Below, in pieces: positions 31,016 through 39,494 of a stretch of DNA of 64,000 bases. Source of the stretch: an uncultured Solirubrobacteraceae bacterium (GTDB lineage: Bacteria; Actinomycetota; Thermoleophilia; Solirubrobacterales; Solirubrobacteraceae); NCBI GenBank assembly GCA_963805745.1, contig CAWDVD010000002.1, positions 1,253,119 through 1,317,118 on the forward strand, written 5' to 3'. Below the pieces are notes generated by a model. The model worked only from the letters and a program-made list of their open reading frames with translations, was not told the origin of the DNA and ran no database searches. A program made the position numbers and the translations under genes. The number at the start of each line of letters is the position of its first letter. The stretch's first letter is position 1.

Positions 31016-31042
31016 GTTTCACCGTCAAGAAAAACGTGAAAC
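31016..31042. promoter_or_regulatory. Split parS-like inverted repeat
   Basis: GTTTCAC-(13 nt)-GTGAAAC: both halves of the parS core GTTTCACGTGAAAC, separated by CGTCAAGAAAAAC. Confidence 0.4.
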
Positions 31043-31054
31043 GCTCAGTGCGCC

Positions 31055-31555
31055 TCAGTCCTCGGACGGGGTCACCACGAGGTAGCGCTGCGGCTCGTTG
31101 CCCTCGCTGTGCGTCTCCACGTCGCCGCGCTCGCGCAGGTACTCGTGCACGATCCGCCGCTCGAACGGCGGCAGCGGGTCGAGCTCGACAGGCCTGCCCG
31201 AGCTCAGCGCCTCATCGGCCGCGTCGTCGGCTTCCGCGCGCAGCGCCTCGGCGCGGCGCTCGCGGTATCCGTTGGCGTCGATCACCACCCGAACCGCTGA
31301 GGGGCCGTCCGGAAAGACGATGCGCTGTGCCAGGTGCTGCACGGCATCGATCGTCTGGCCGTGCCTGCCGATGAACAGGCCCACGTCCTCACCCTCGAGC
31401 CGGCCGCTGAGGACGCTCTCCTGCTCGTCGATCTGGACCTCGGCGTCGAGGCTCAGCCCGACCACGATCTCCTCCAGCAGCTCGCCGAGCGCCTCCGCCG
31501 GCTCGAGCTCGTCTGCCGTCGCGTCGCCGTCGAGGCTGTCGTCGCGGTCGCTCAT
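31055..31555 (-). CDS. jag: Jag/KhpB/EloR RNA-binding protein (KH + R3H, short form)
   Basis: GLFIGRHGQTIDAVQHL and FERRIVHEYL...HSEGNEPQRY. Its start overlaps the yidC stop (ATGA). Confidence 0.92.
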   Translation of the reverse strand: MSDRDDSLDGDATADELEPAEALGELLEEIVVGLSLDAEVQIDEQESVLSGRLEGEDVGLFIGRHGQTIDAVQHLAQRIVFPDGPSAVRVVIDANGYRERRAEALRAEADDAADEALSSGRPVELDPLPPFERRIVHEYLRERGDVETHSEGNEPQRYLVVTPSED

Positions 31556-32571
31556 CGCCTTCTGCCCGAGCGTTTCTTCTTCTTGCGCGGCGAGCGCGGC
31601 GGCGGCGCGGCGGTCGAGGTGGCGCCTCCCCCGCTCGCGACCTCCGCGGGCGCGGCGGCGGTCCTGGCGCCGCCGGTCGCTTCGGACAGCGCCTGTCGCA
31701 GCGAGACGCGCGGTTTCCCGTTCGGCGAGCCCGCCGAGCGATCGACCCTTGGCGGCGGCGGCAGGCGGCGGCGGATCAGGTACTGCTGGCCGATCGTCCA
31801 CAGGTTCGTCGTGATCCAGTAGACCAGCAGGCCGGCCGGATAGCGGTACAGGATCACGACGAAGATGAGCGGCAGCAGCAACATCATGCGCCGCTGGGTG
31901 GGATCGGCGGTGGCGGTGGCAATGAGCGTCGAGCCGAGCTGCGAGCCGACGTAGAGCAGGATCAAGACGACGAGCACTACGCCTGTGGCCTTGCTCGTGA
32001 TGTCGGGTAGGAACAGGAACTTGCCGGAGTGCGGCGCGACCGTGTTGCACGCTGTGTTTTCGACGTATTTGGATGGCAGCTTGGCGACTGTCGCGATGTG
32101 CGAGGCCGATTTGTACGTGCTCGCCAGATGCAGCTTCACGTTCTCGGCGTTCTGGTTGTAGTAGGAGACGAGCTGGGGGCCGCAGATGTGCTTCTTCAGG
32201 TCGGTGCGCAGCATGTAGAACAGCGAGATGAACACCGGCAACTGCAGGAGCAGGGGCAGGCAGGATGCCAATGGGTTGATTCCTTTGTCCTTGTAGAATT
32301 TCATCAGCTCCTGCTGCTGGCGCTGTTTGTCCTCCTTGTACTTCTCTTTCAGCGCGCTGATCTCGGGAGCCAGCCGCTGCATCTCCTGCATCGACTTCAG
32401 CTGTTTGTAGGTCAGCGGCACGAGGATCGCGCGTATGAGCACGGTCAGGCCGACGATCGCCAGGCCCCAGCTGCCGCCCACGACGTGGGCGTGGATGAAG
32501 ACCATGATCCCTTCGAACAGGCTGATCAGAGGCGAGAACGCGCTCTGGATCACGTTGGCGAGGATTGGCAT
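31552..32571 (-). CDS. yidC: Membrane protein insertase YidC
   Basis: WGLAIVGLTVLIRAILVPL, INPLASCLPLLLQLPVF and GLLVYWITTNLWTIGQQ. Confidence 0.95.
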   Translation of the reverse strand: MPILANVIQSAFSPLISLFEGIMVFIHAHVVGGSWGLAIVGLTVLIRAILVPLTYKQLKSMQEMQRLAPEISALKEKYKEDKQRQQQELMKFYKDKGINPLASCLPLLLQLPVFISLFYMLRTDLKKHICGPQLVSYYNQNAENVKLHLASTYKSASHIATVAKLPSKYVENTACNTVAPHSGKFLFLPDITSKATGVVLVVLILLYVGSQLGSTLIATATADPTQRRMMLLLPLIFVVILYRYPAGLLVYWITTNLWTIGQQYLIRRRLPPPPRVDRSAGSPNGKPRVSLRQALSEATGGARTAAAPAEVASGGGATSTAAPPPRSPRKKKKRSGRRR

Positions 32572-32668
32572 GATCTAGGGAGTCTCGGCGGTCGTGGTGG
32601 TGGGCAGGTGGCTGAGGCCTGGTGCGCGGCGGCTGTCCGGGGCTGTGGGCTGCGTGCCCGATCCCCGC

Positions 32669-32989
32669 TCAGCCGCCATCATCGGGGCCGCGGGCAGGGC
32701 CGTCAACTCTGAACACTCGCTGGGCCTCCACCGGATCGTATCCGCCGAGGCTCCACGGGTTGCACCTGAGCAGACGCCACCCCGCGAGCACCAAGCCCCT
32801 AAGTATGCCGTACTCCCGGATCGCCTCGACCGCATAGCGCGAGCACGTGGGCTCGTACTTGCAGCGCCTGGGAATCGCCGGAGAGACGACGTGTTGGTAG
32901 ACGACGATCGGAGCCGCGGCGGCCATGCGCGCCAGACGCGCGAGGCCGCTCGGCGGCGGCGGTGCGCCACGCGAGGCCGAGGAGGTCAT
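32669..32989 (-). CDS. yidD: Membrane protein insertion efficiency factor YidD
   Basis: CKYEPTCSRYA...RLLRCNPWSLGGYDPV. Confidence 0.93.
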   Translation of the reverse strand: MTSSASRGAPPPPSGLARLARMAAAAPIVVYQHVVSPAIPRRCKYEPTCSRYAVEAIREYGILRGLVLAGWRLLRCNPWSLGGYDPVEAQRVFRVDGPARGPDDGG

Positions 32990-33381
32990 CGCTCCAGCTC
33001 CGGTGGGGCATCCGCGGACCGCGCGCGCAGCCCCGCCCTGGCGATCAGCTCCGACAGCGACTCCTCCACACCGGCCAGCCCCTCGCGCTCGGCCAGCTCC
33101 CCCGCCCCGGGACGCGCCACGACCACCACGTCCTGGCCGGGCTTCAACCCACCCTCGACGTGCGCGAACGCCTCGCGCAGCAGCCGCTTGACCCTGTTGC
33201 GCTGCACCGCGCCTCCGACCTTGCGCGAAACCGACAGCCCCAGGCGCGGGCTCTGCGCGGAGGCGTTCGGGAACGTGTAGAGCACGAGATGACGGTTGGC
33301 GGTCGAGCGCCCCTGCCGGTAGACCCGCTCGAACTCGGCGCTGCGCGACAGCCGCCCGCGCGCCGACGCTCGCGGTTTCAT
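32986..33381 (-). CDS. rnpA: Ribonuclease P protein component
   Basis: RLGLSVSRKVGGAVQRNRVKRLLRE (RNR motif). Confidence 0.96.
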   Translation of the reverse strand: MKPRASARGRLSRSAEFERVYRQGRSTANRHLVLYTFPNASAQSPRLGLSVSRKVGGAVQRNRVKRLLREAFAHVEGGLKPGQDVVVVARPGAGELAEREGLAGVEESLSELIARAGLRARSADAPPELER

Positions 33382-33421
33382 CGCCTGTCCGCCGGCGTCG
33401 GGGATCGCGCCACCACGACCC

Positions 33422-33556
33422 TCAGGTGGAGAGGCGCTTGCGTCCCTTGCCGCGACGCCGCTTCAACGTCAGCCGTCCCGCGCGCGAGCTCATGCGGGCA
33501 CGGAACCCGTGCGCGCGGGCGCGCTTGCGCTTCTTTGGCTGGTAGGTGCGCTTCAT
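33422..33556 (-). CDS. rpmH: 50S ribosomal protein L34
   Basis: [22 protein letters not shown]...[12 protein letters not shown]. Confidence 0.98.
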   Translation of the reverse strand: MKRTYQPKKRKRARAHGFRARMSSRAGRLTLKRRRGKGRKRLST

Positions 33557-33567
33557 GGCGGGCTTGC

Positions 33568-33573
33568 AGTATA
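33568..33573 (-). promoter_or_regulatory. Putative -10 box (TATACT) of the rpmH promoter
   Basis: TATACT lies ~12 nt upstream of the rpmH ATG. No clear -35 box is visible. Confidence 0.45.
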
Positions 33574-33810
33574 GGACCGGAGGGCCATCGCTGCTGTTTT
33601 TCGGTGATGTGTGCGCAGACACACCCGAGGGCGCTCCGAGTGGACCGTCTAGCGCTTCGGCAGTCCTTGGAACTCCGGATGGCTGACGATCCGGGCCTCC
33701 GTCTCGGCATCGATCCGGTAGTGCTCGTGCCACTCGTGGCCCGGCGTTAGCTCAGGATTCGCACGGAGTAGGTTGCGGAGCGCTAGCCCCTGGACGGTCT
33801 CTGGTCATCG

Positions 33811-34092
33811 CTACCAGTCTCGCCGCATCGACAGGAGCCGCACTCGCTCATCGTCGAACGTGTAGAAGATGCTAGCCGCCTCGGCACCGCTAGAAGTCTC
33901 GGCTGGGAATACGATCGGGGCCACCCAAACGGCGGGTGTTGCGGTCTGGAGGCCGAATTCTGGATCTGTCTTGAGGACCGCCTCGACGTACATCATCGCT
34001 TCATCCATGCGATGGAAGTCGCTGTCGATGGCGGCAGCCTCGGCCTCAAACCGAGGTTCGTAGACAAAGTCCCTTCCTACGGAGCCATTCAT
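33811..34092 (-). CDS. Putative RelE/ParE-superfamily toxin (93 aa)
   Basis: ATGA-coupled to the upstream antitoxin. The pattern FVYEPRF...LKTDPEFG...SIFYTFDDERVRLLSMR fits the fold by eye. Confidence 0.55.
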   Translation of the reverse strand: MNGSVGRDFVYEPRFEAEAAAIDSDFHRMDEAMMYVEAVLKTDPEFGLQTATPAVWVAPIVFPAETSSGAEAASIFYTFDDERVRLLSMRRDW

Positions 34093-34649
34093 CCGGCCGT
34101 AAGGCCGAACTCGCGCGCAAGATTCTCGGCGTGCGCCTGCTCCTCGGACGTAAGTTGCTTGCGCTTTCCCCAAAACGCGGCTTCATAAGGGACTGGCGAC
34201 TTAGGGCCAATCTTGTTGTAGGCGAAGATCCACCCCGGAAACTCGTGGGCGACGTCCACGAGTTGCGCGCCGGTGAACTCCTTGTAACGCTCGATCTGGC
34301 GGTCGATGTACTCAAGCTGCTCGGGCGTGAACACGTCAGTGCGGGGAGGTTCCAGCGCCACGGGGATCTCCTGGCGGTCGTACCCCGGCTGCATCTCTAG
34401 GCGGCCTTGCGTCTCTAGATCGCGAATCGCGAGCAGCTCCTCGGTCGGCGCGGGACCTAGCTCATCGGCCACGTAGTTTGCGCCCGTGACTGGCTCGCCA
34501 AGGCGGAAGTAGGCTCCGAAGTCGATCAGAAAAAGCAGCTTGGCGATCCTGATCCGGCCCAGGCCGGGGTGACCCTCATCGCGCGTCTTCTTGGCGATGT
34601 AGAGGTATAGCTCGTTGAGCCGCGTCCTGTCGATGTCCGGGGGTTGCAT
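34089..34649 (-). CDS. Panacea / DUF4065 (SocA/GepA-like) antitoxin
   Basis: IRIAKLLFLIDFGAYFRLGEPVTGANY...LGP and TGAQLVDVAHEFPGW match the family's KLLY...GP...L...H..W pattern. Confidence 0.8.
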   Translation of the reverse strand: MQPPDIDRTRLNELYLYIAKKTRDEGHPGLGRIRIAKLLFLIDFGAYFRLGEPVTGANYVADELGPAPTEELLAIRDLETQGRLEMQPGYDRQEIPVALEPPRTDVFTPEQLEYIDRQIERYKEFTGAQLVDVAHEFPGWIFAYNKIGPKSPVPYEAAFWGKRKQLTSEEQAHAENLAREFGLTAG

Positions 34650-34699
34650 CTCGGGTTGCCTCCCGCACGCATAGCGTAGTAGAGTCGGCTGCCTTCATC

Positions 34700-34722
34700 T
34701 TCGTATACAGCTGATATACGAA
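34700..34722. promoter_or_regulatory. Palindromic operator between the divergent antitoxin and the small ORF
   Basis: TTCGTATA-CAGCTGA-TATACGAA, a perfect 8-bp inverted repeat in AT-rich intergenic DNA. Confidence 0.55.
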
Positions 34723-34745
34723 CACGAGTTTAGGGGTCCTTGCGG

Positions 34746-34946
34746 ATGGCCGAGGTGGAAACCAAATCTGCGCAGCTTCATCCGCTGACGAAGGAGCGGC
34801 TCTCGGAGCTAAGAACGGCACTAAAAAGTGACGAGGGGATCACCGCGACCGAGGGAGACATCATCGGTGCCCTCGTCCACGGGAACACCGTTGCCCAGCT
34901 TGTCGCCCTGCTCCCCGTATATAAACGATATACGAGCAAGCACTAG
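34746..34946 (+). CDS. Small putative DNA-binding protein (ribbon-helix-helix-like, 66 aa)
   Basis: A short strand (KSAQLHP) followed by two amphipathic helices (LTKERLSELRTAL; TEGDIIGALV). A purine-rich RBS lies upstream. Confidence 0.45.
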   Translation: MAEVETKSAQLHPLTKERLSELRTALKSDEGITATEGDIIGALVHGNTVAQLVALLPVYKRYTSKH

Positions 34947-35051
34947 TCCGTCTAACGCGGGCGGCGCTTTCGATGTACTCAAGCTGCCTGCTGGTAGGTC
35001 AGCCGCCGGCCCGCCGCGCGCCCGACGATGGCCGCCATGCGCTCGTTGTCC

Positions 35052-35231
35052 GTGTCCTTGCATGGCGAAGGGCTTGGCAAGCTCGCGGTGGTGCAGTCCG
35101 GAGTCCGTGTGCAGGTGCGTCCGGGCGACATCGATCTGCTCCTCGATGACCGTTCGCAGGTTGTGGCCGCGCACGTTCGGGACCGCCTGCGAGCGCACCC
35201 CGCCGGTCTGACGGGACACGAGTGCGGGGAG
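35052..35231 (-). pseudogene. IS1595-family (ISXO2-like) transposase fragment
   Basis: LPALVSRQTGGVRSQAVPNVRGHNLRTVIEEQIDVARTHLHTDSG...PFAMQGH resembles the DDE core V..GxVRS..VPNV...L...I...I......L.TD. The flanks are degenerate. Confidence 0.65.
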
Positions 35232-35572
35232 TGGACGAGGTGACCGCGAGATGGGCGACCGCAGCGTGACCGTTGACGGCCAGCACGGCTCTATGGAGCC
35301 GGTCCGGCTGCGGCGAGTTCGCGTGGCCCAGTAGGGCCGCGCTCGCAGCAGACCAGCTCGCGCTCTAGCGAGCTTTCGAGTGCCGCGCCGCACGCGGGGC
35401 ACTCGGAGCGCCTTGGGTGTGTCTGCGCACACATCACCTTTTTCCCGCCAAATGCGGGCAGCCCTCTAGAGCCTGTCGAGGGGTTGGGTATAGTCGCCCG
35501 ACCGGGCTCTCGGAGCCCTCCTTCGAATAGCAATCAGCACTTCCTCTGGGAGAGGAGCGGACCGACTCTGCC

Positions 35573-36985
35573 GTGAGCTGCGAGCTCGAGCACATATGGA
35601 CGCGGGTGCAGGCCCAGCTTGCGCTCGTGGTCGACGAGCCCACCTATCGCATCTGGCTCGAGCCGCTTCGTGGCGTGGAGCTCGACGGGGACCGACTCGT
35701 GGTCGAGGCGCCCGTGCACGCGTGCCGCTGGATCCGCGAGCGCTTCGGCAGGGTCATCCAGGCCAGCGTCGAGTCCGTCCTCGGGCCCGACGCGAGCATC
35801 GAGCTCGTCACCGCGTCGCCCGAGGGAGCGCTCGACCCCGCCACCGGCCCGACGGGACCGCGGGCAGCCCGGCGAGAGCGAGGAGCGACGCCACCGCGCG
35901 TCCTCGCGGGGCACGGCGGCACGCTCCCACCAACGCCGACGGGACCGCTCGGCAACCCCAAGCTCACCTTCGACCAGTTCGTCATCGGCGACAGCAATCG
36001 GCTCGCTCACGCCGCAGCGCTCACGGTCGCCGAGATGCCCGCTCAGGCCTACAACCCGCTGTTCATCTGCGGGCCTCCAGGCGTCGGCAAGACCCACCTG
36101 CTCAGCTCGATCGCCAACCTCCTGCTCTCCCACAGTCCCGGCCTGATCGTCCGCTGCACGACCGGCGAGGCCTTCACCAACGAGTTCCTCGGCGCGCTCG
36201 GCGGCGGGCACACCGACGCCTTCAAGCTCCGCTTCCGCGACCTCGACGTCCTGCTCCTGGACGATGTCCAGTTCCTCGAGCGCAAGGCCAAGACCGAGGA
36301 GGAGTTCTTCCACACGTTCAACGCCCTGCACGACAGCGGGCGCCAGATCGTGCTGACCTCCGACCGTCCTCCGCGCGACCTGCAGGCGCTCGAGGACCGC
36401 CTGCGCGAGCGCTTCGAGGCCGGATTGGTAGCGGACATCAAGGCTCCCGACCTCGTGACCCGGCTGGCGATCCTGCGCAAGCGCGTGCAGCACGATCGCA
36501 TCGTGCTCGACGACGACCGCGCGCTCGACGCGATCGCCGGGCGGATCGACTCAAACGTCCGCGCGCTCGAGGGGGCGCTCATCCGCGTCGTGGCGTTCGG
36601 CTCTCTGACCGGCAGGCCCATAACAGGCGAGCTTGCGCAGGAGGTCCTCGACGGGCTCTACCCCCGCCCCTCCTCGCCAGGGCAGCGCAGCCGCACCATC
36701 CACGAGATCCAGGCAGCCACGTGCCGCGAGTTCGGCCTCTCGCCCGCCGAGCTGCTCTCCTCCGCACGCACTGCGCGCATCGCCTGGCCGCGGCAGGTGG
36801 CCATGTATCTCGCCCGCGAGCTCACCGGCGAATCGCTGCCTGCCATCGGGCGCGAGTTCGGCAGGCGCGACCACACGACCGTCCTGCACGCCTGGCGGCG
36901 CACCACCGCGCGAATCGCCTCCGACGAGGCCTCGCGAGAGGCTGTGGAAAAGCTGTGCCGGACACTCAACTCCAGCGACTCATGA
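35573..36985 (+). CDS. dnaA: Chromosomal replication initiator DnaA
   Basis: TFDQFVIGDSNRLA, GPPGVGKTHLL, LLLDDVQFL and the domain IV motif RQVAMYLARELT...FGRRDHTTVLHA. Confidence 0.98.
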   Translation: MSCELEHIWTRVQAQLALVVDEPTYRIWLEPLRGVELDGDRLVVEAPVHACRWIRERFGRVIQASVESVLGPDASIELVTASPEGALDPATGPTGPRAARRERGATPPRVLAGHGGTLPPTPTGPLGNPKLTFDQFVIGDSNRLAHAAALTVAEMPAQAYNPLFICGPPGVGKTHLLSSIANLLLSHSPGLIVRCTTGEAFTNEFLGALGGGHTDAFKLRFRDLDVLLLDDVQFLERKAKTEEEFFHTFNALHDSGRQIVLTSDRPPRDLQALEDRLRERFEAGLVADIKAPDLVTRLAILRKRVQHDRIVLDDDRALDAIAGRIDSNVRALEGALIRVVAFGSLTGRPITGELAQEVLDGLYPRPSSPGQRSRTIHEIQAATCREFGLSPAELLSSARTARIAWPRQVAMYLARELTGESLPAIGREFGRRDHTTVLHAWRRTTARIASDEASREAVEKLCRTLNSSDS

Positions 36986-37139
36986 GCCGACAGCCGCGAT
37001 CGACCGCCCAGCCTGAGAGACTTCTCCTCGGCCCTCCACAGCTCTATCCACCGGCCCACCACACGAATCACCACTGTTCGTGCCCACTGCACATGTCCCC
37101 AAGCCCTACTGATACTGCTCTTCAACTCATGGTCACATC
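36943..37139. other. Replication origin oriC (dnaA-dnaN intergenic region)
   Basis: DnaA-box-like 9-mers (TGTGGAAAA at 36943, CTATCCACC at 37044, ATGTCCCCA at 37093). These are followed by AGCCC and DnaA-trio-like CTA CTG ATA CTG CTC TTC (37106-37123). Confidence 0.75.
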
Positions 37140-38252
37140 ATGAAGCTGTCGCTCTCGGCCGCAGACTTGCTGGCACAGCTGCAAACCACTACACGCGTCG
37201 CCTCGACACGCAGCGCCGTGCAGGCGCTCTCCGGCGTGATGATCTCCGCTCAGCCCGACACCACGCCGGAGTTGCTCGCAACCGACATGGAGATCGGTCT
37301 GCGCGTTCCCCTGCGCGCTGACGTCGCCCGCAGTGGCTCAGCCGTCCTGCCGGCGCGCCTGTTGCTCGACGTTGCCCGCTCGCTGCCGTCAGATACGCTG
37401 ACGATGGAGCTCCGAAGCGCCGAGCAGGACGTCGAGCTCATCTGTGGGCCGACGACGTTCCACCTGCGCACGCTGCGCGCCGAGGACTTCCCGTCTCTGC
37501 CGTCCCCGTCCCCGGACACGCGGGTGACACTACCCGCGGAGGCGTTCATGCAGACGGTCACCCGCGTTGCCCGCTCGGCCTCGCGGGATGAGACGCGCCC
37601 GGTCCTCACCGGGATCCTCATGTCCGCCTCCGGCCAGGAGCTGCGGATGGTCGCCACCGATTCCTATCGACTGAGCGTCAAGGAGACCGCGCTGGAGTCC
37701 GCGTTGCAGGGGAGCCTGGAGGCGAACGTCCCCGCCAGGGCGCTCCAGGAGCTCGTGCGCATCTCCCAGCAGGCGCCCAGCGAGTCGATCGCTGTCAGCG
37801 TCGGGCAGAACCAGGTGATCTTCGAGCTCGGCGACGTCGTCCTCTCCTCGCGCCTGATCGACGGCCAGTTCCCGAACTACCGCCAGCTGCTACCCGAGTC
37901 TGTCGAGCACGAGCTGCGCCTGTCGAGCGCCGAGCTGACCGACGTCGTGCGCCGCATCAGCCTGCTGGCGCAGAAGAACGCACCGCTGCGCCTGAGCTTC
38001 AGCGAGGGCACGCTGACGGTTTCCGCGCAGACCCCCGACGTCGGCGAGGCCAGCGAGGCGATCCCCGTCCCGTTCCACGGCGAGCCGTTCGAGATCGGCT
38101 TCAACCCCGAGTTTCTGCGCGACGGCCTCGAGAGCATCGAGTCCGAGGAGCTCGTCCTCAAGCTGATCAGCCCGCTGCGCCCGGGGCTGATCGAATCCCC
38201 CGACACCGGGGACTTCGTATACCTCATAATGCCGATCCGCCTGAACGTGTGA
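37140..38252 (+). CDS. dnaN: DNA polymerase III beta clamp
   Basis: ATDMEIG, SRDETRPVLTGIL, VATDSYRL, SRLIDGQFPNY and YLIMPIRL. Confidence 0.98.
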   Translation: MKLSLSAADLLAQLQTTTRVASTRSAVQALSGVMISAQPDTTPELLATDMEIGLRVPLRADVARSGSAVLPARLLLDVARSLPSDTLTMELRSAEQDVELICGPTTFHLRTLRAEDFPSLPSPSPDTRVTLPAEAFMQTVTRVARSASRDETRPVLTGILMSASGQELRMVATDSYRLSVKETALESALQGSLEANVPARALQELVRISQQAPSESIAVSVGQNQVIFELGDVVLSSRLIDGQFPNYRQLLPESVEHELRLSSAELTDVVRRISLLAQKNAPLRLSFSEGTLTVSAQTPDVGEASEAIPVPFHGEPFEIGFNPEFLRDGLESIESEELVLKLISPLRPGLIESPDTGDFVYLIMPIRLNV

Positions 38253-38366
38253 CGTCATGGCCGGCGCATCTCGGCGTCCTCGGTCGCTCGCGTGCGTAGC
38301 ACGCCACGCTCCCTGCGTCCTTGATCTGCTTGGCCCTGACGCCACACGACGCTCGGGGGGCTTCTA

Positions 38367-39494
38367 GTGCGCGTCCTCAGCGTGCAGCTGCGCGACTTTC
38401 GCACCTACACCCGCGCGGAGGCGGGCATCGGCGAGGGCCTGACGGTCGTCCACGGACCCAACGGCGCCGGCAAGTCCAACCTGCTGGAGGCGCTGTACTT
38501 CGGGTGCACGGCCCGCTCGCCGCGCACTCGCAACGATCGCGAGCTCGTGCGCTTCGGGGCGCAGGCCGCACGCGTCGTCGTACGGCTGCAAGACGGAGCG
38601 GATGCCCATGAGCTGAGCGTCGGCTTCGGAACGCTGGAGGCAGGCGGGGATTCCGTCAAGCCGGTCAAGCGCATGACCGCCGACGGAGCCCCCGTGGAGC
38701 GGCTGCTCGACGTCGAGATCCGGCCCCTGGTGAGCGTCTTCATGCCCGATCGGCTGGAGCTGCTGAAGGGGCCGCCGGCCGTTCGCCGAGCCCACCTCGA
38801 CCAGGTCGTCGCGGCGATCTGGCCGTTGCGCGCGGACACGCGCAGGCAGTACTCGCGAGTGCTCGCCCAGCGCAACGCGCTGCTCGCGCGAATCCGCTCG
38901 GGGCGTGCGTCGGACGCGACGCTGTCCACGTGGGACCGCGAGCTGGCCGCCAGCGCGCTCGAGCTGCGCGCCGACCGCGCCGCCGCGATCGACCTGCTGG
39001 CCGAGCCGTTCTCCCAGCGCGCTGCGCAGCTCGGATGCAGCGGCGGGGTCGCACTCGCCTACCGGCCCCGCTCGCACGCCGCGGACGAGGAGGAGTTCGT
39101 GGCCGAGCTGCGCGAGCGGCTGCCCGGAGACCTCGAGCGGGGCTTCTCCGGCCATGGACCCCACCGCGACGAGCTCGCGATCCTGCGCGACGGGCGCGAG
39201 CTGCGCGTCTACGGCTCTCAGGGGGAGCAGCGCCTCGCGCTGCTGGCGCTGCTGCTGGCGGAGCGCGCGCTGCTCGCCAGCGAACGCCGCCGCACGCCGC
39301 TGATGCTGCTCGACGACGTCATGAGCGAGCTCGACGGCGAGCGCCGCGAGCTGCTCGCCCGCGAGCTGCGCGCGGGCGGCCAGAGCGTCATCGCGACAAC
39401 GGACCTTGCTCACGTTCCCGGCGCGACGGACGCCTCCGTGACGCGCCTGCGCATATCGCCCGGCGCGATCCTGCAGGAGGCGATCGCCGCATGA
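38367..39494 (+). CDS. recF: DNA replication/repair protein RecF
   Basis: GPNGAGKSNLLEA, GPHRDEL, GSQGEQR and LLLDDVMSELD. Confidence 0.97.
   Translation: MRVLSVQLRDFRTYTRAEAGIGEGLTVVHGPNGAGKSNLLEALYFGCTARSPRTRNDRELVRFGAQAARVVVRLQDGADAHELSVGFGTLEAGGDSVKPVKRMTADGAPVERLLDVEIRPLVSVFMPDRLELLKGPPAVRRAHLDQVVAAIWPLRADTRRQYSRVLAQRNALLARIRSGRASDATLSTWDRELAASALELRADRAAAIDLLAEPFSQRAAQLGCSGGVALAYRPRSHAADEEEFVAELRERLPGDLERGFSGHGPHRDELAILRDGRELRVYGSQGEQRLALLALLLAERALLASERRRTPLMLLDDVMSELDGERRELLARELRAGGQSVIATTDLAHVPGATDASVTRLRISPGAILQEAIAA

Larger units (their letters stand above)
33603..35438. mobile_element. 1,836-bp non-autonomous TIR-bounded element (IS1595-derived, carrying passenger genes)
   Basis: Inverted repeats at 33603-33642 and 35400-35438 (24 bp perfect, then one mismatch and one gap, then 11 bp perfect). 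TTTTTC is duplicated at 33597-33602 and 35439-35444, and a transposase relic lies inside. Confidence 0.85.

Noticed and set aside
34699-34722. Resemblance of the palindrome to loxP (CTTCGTATA...TATACGAA)
   Set aside because: Only the inner 8-9 bp of each arm match, the spacer is 7 rather than 8 nt, there is a single copy and no recombinase is nearby. An operator is the simpler explanation.
35291-35433. CPACG motif as the transposase zinc ribbon
   Set aside because: It is in a different frame from the DDE fragment, its frame starts inside the TIR, and no second CxxC follows.
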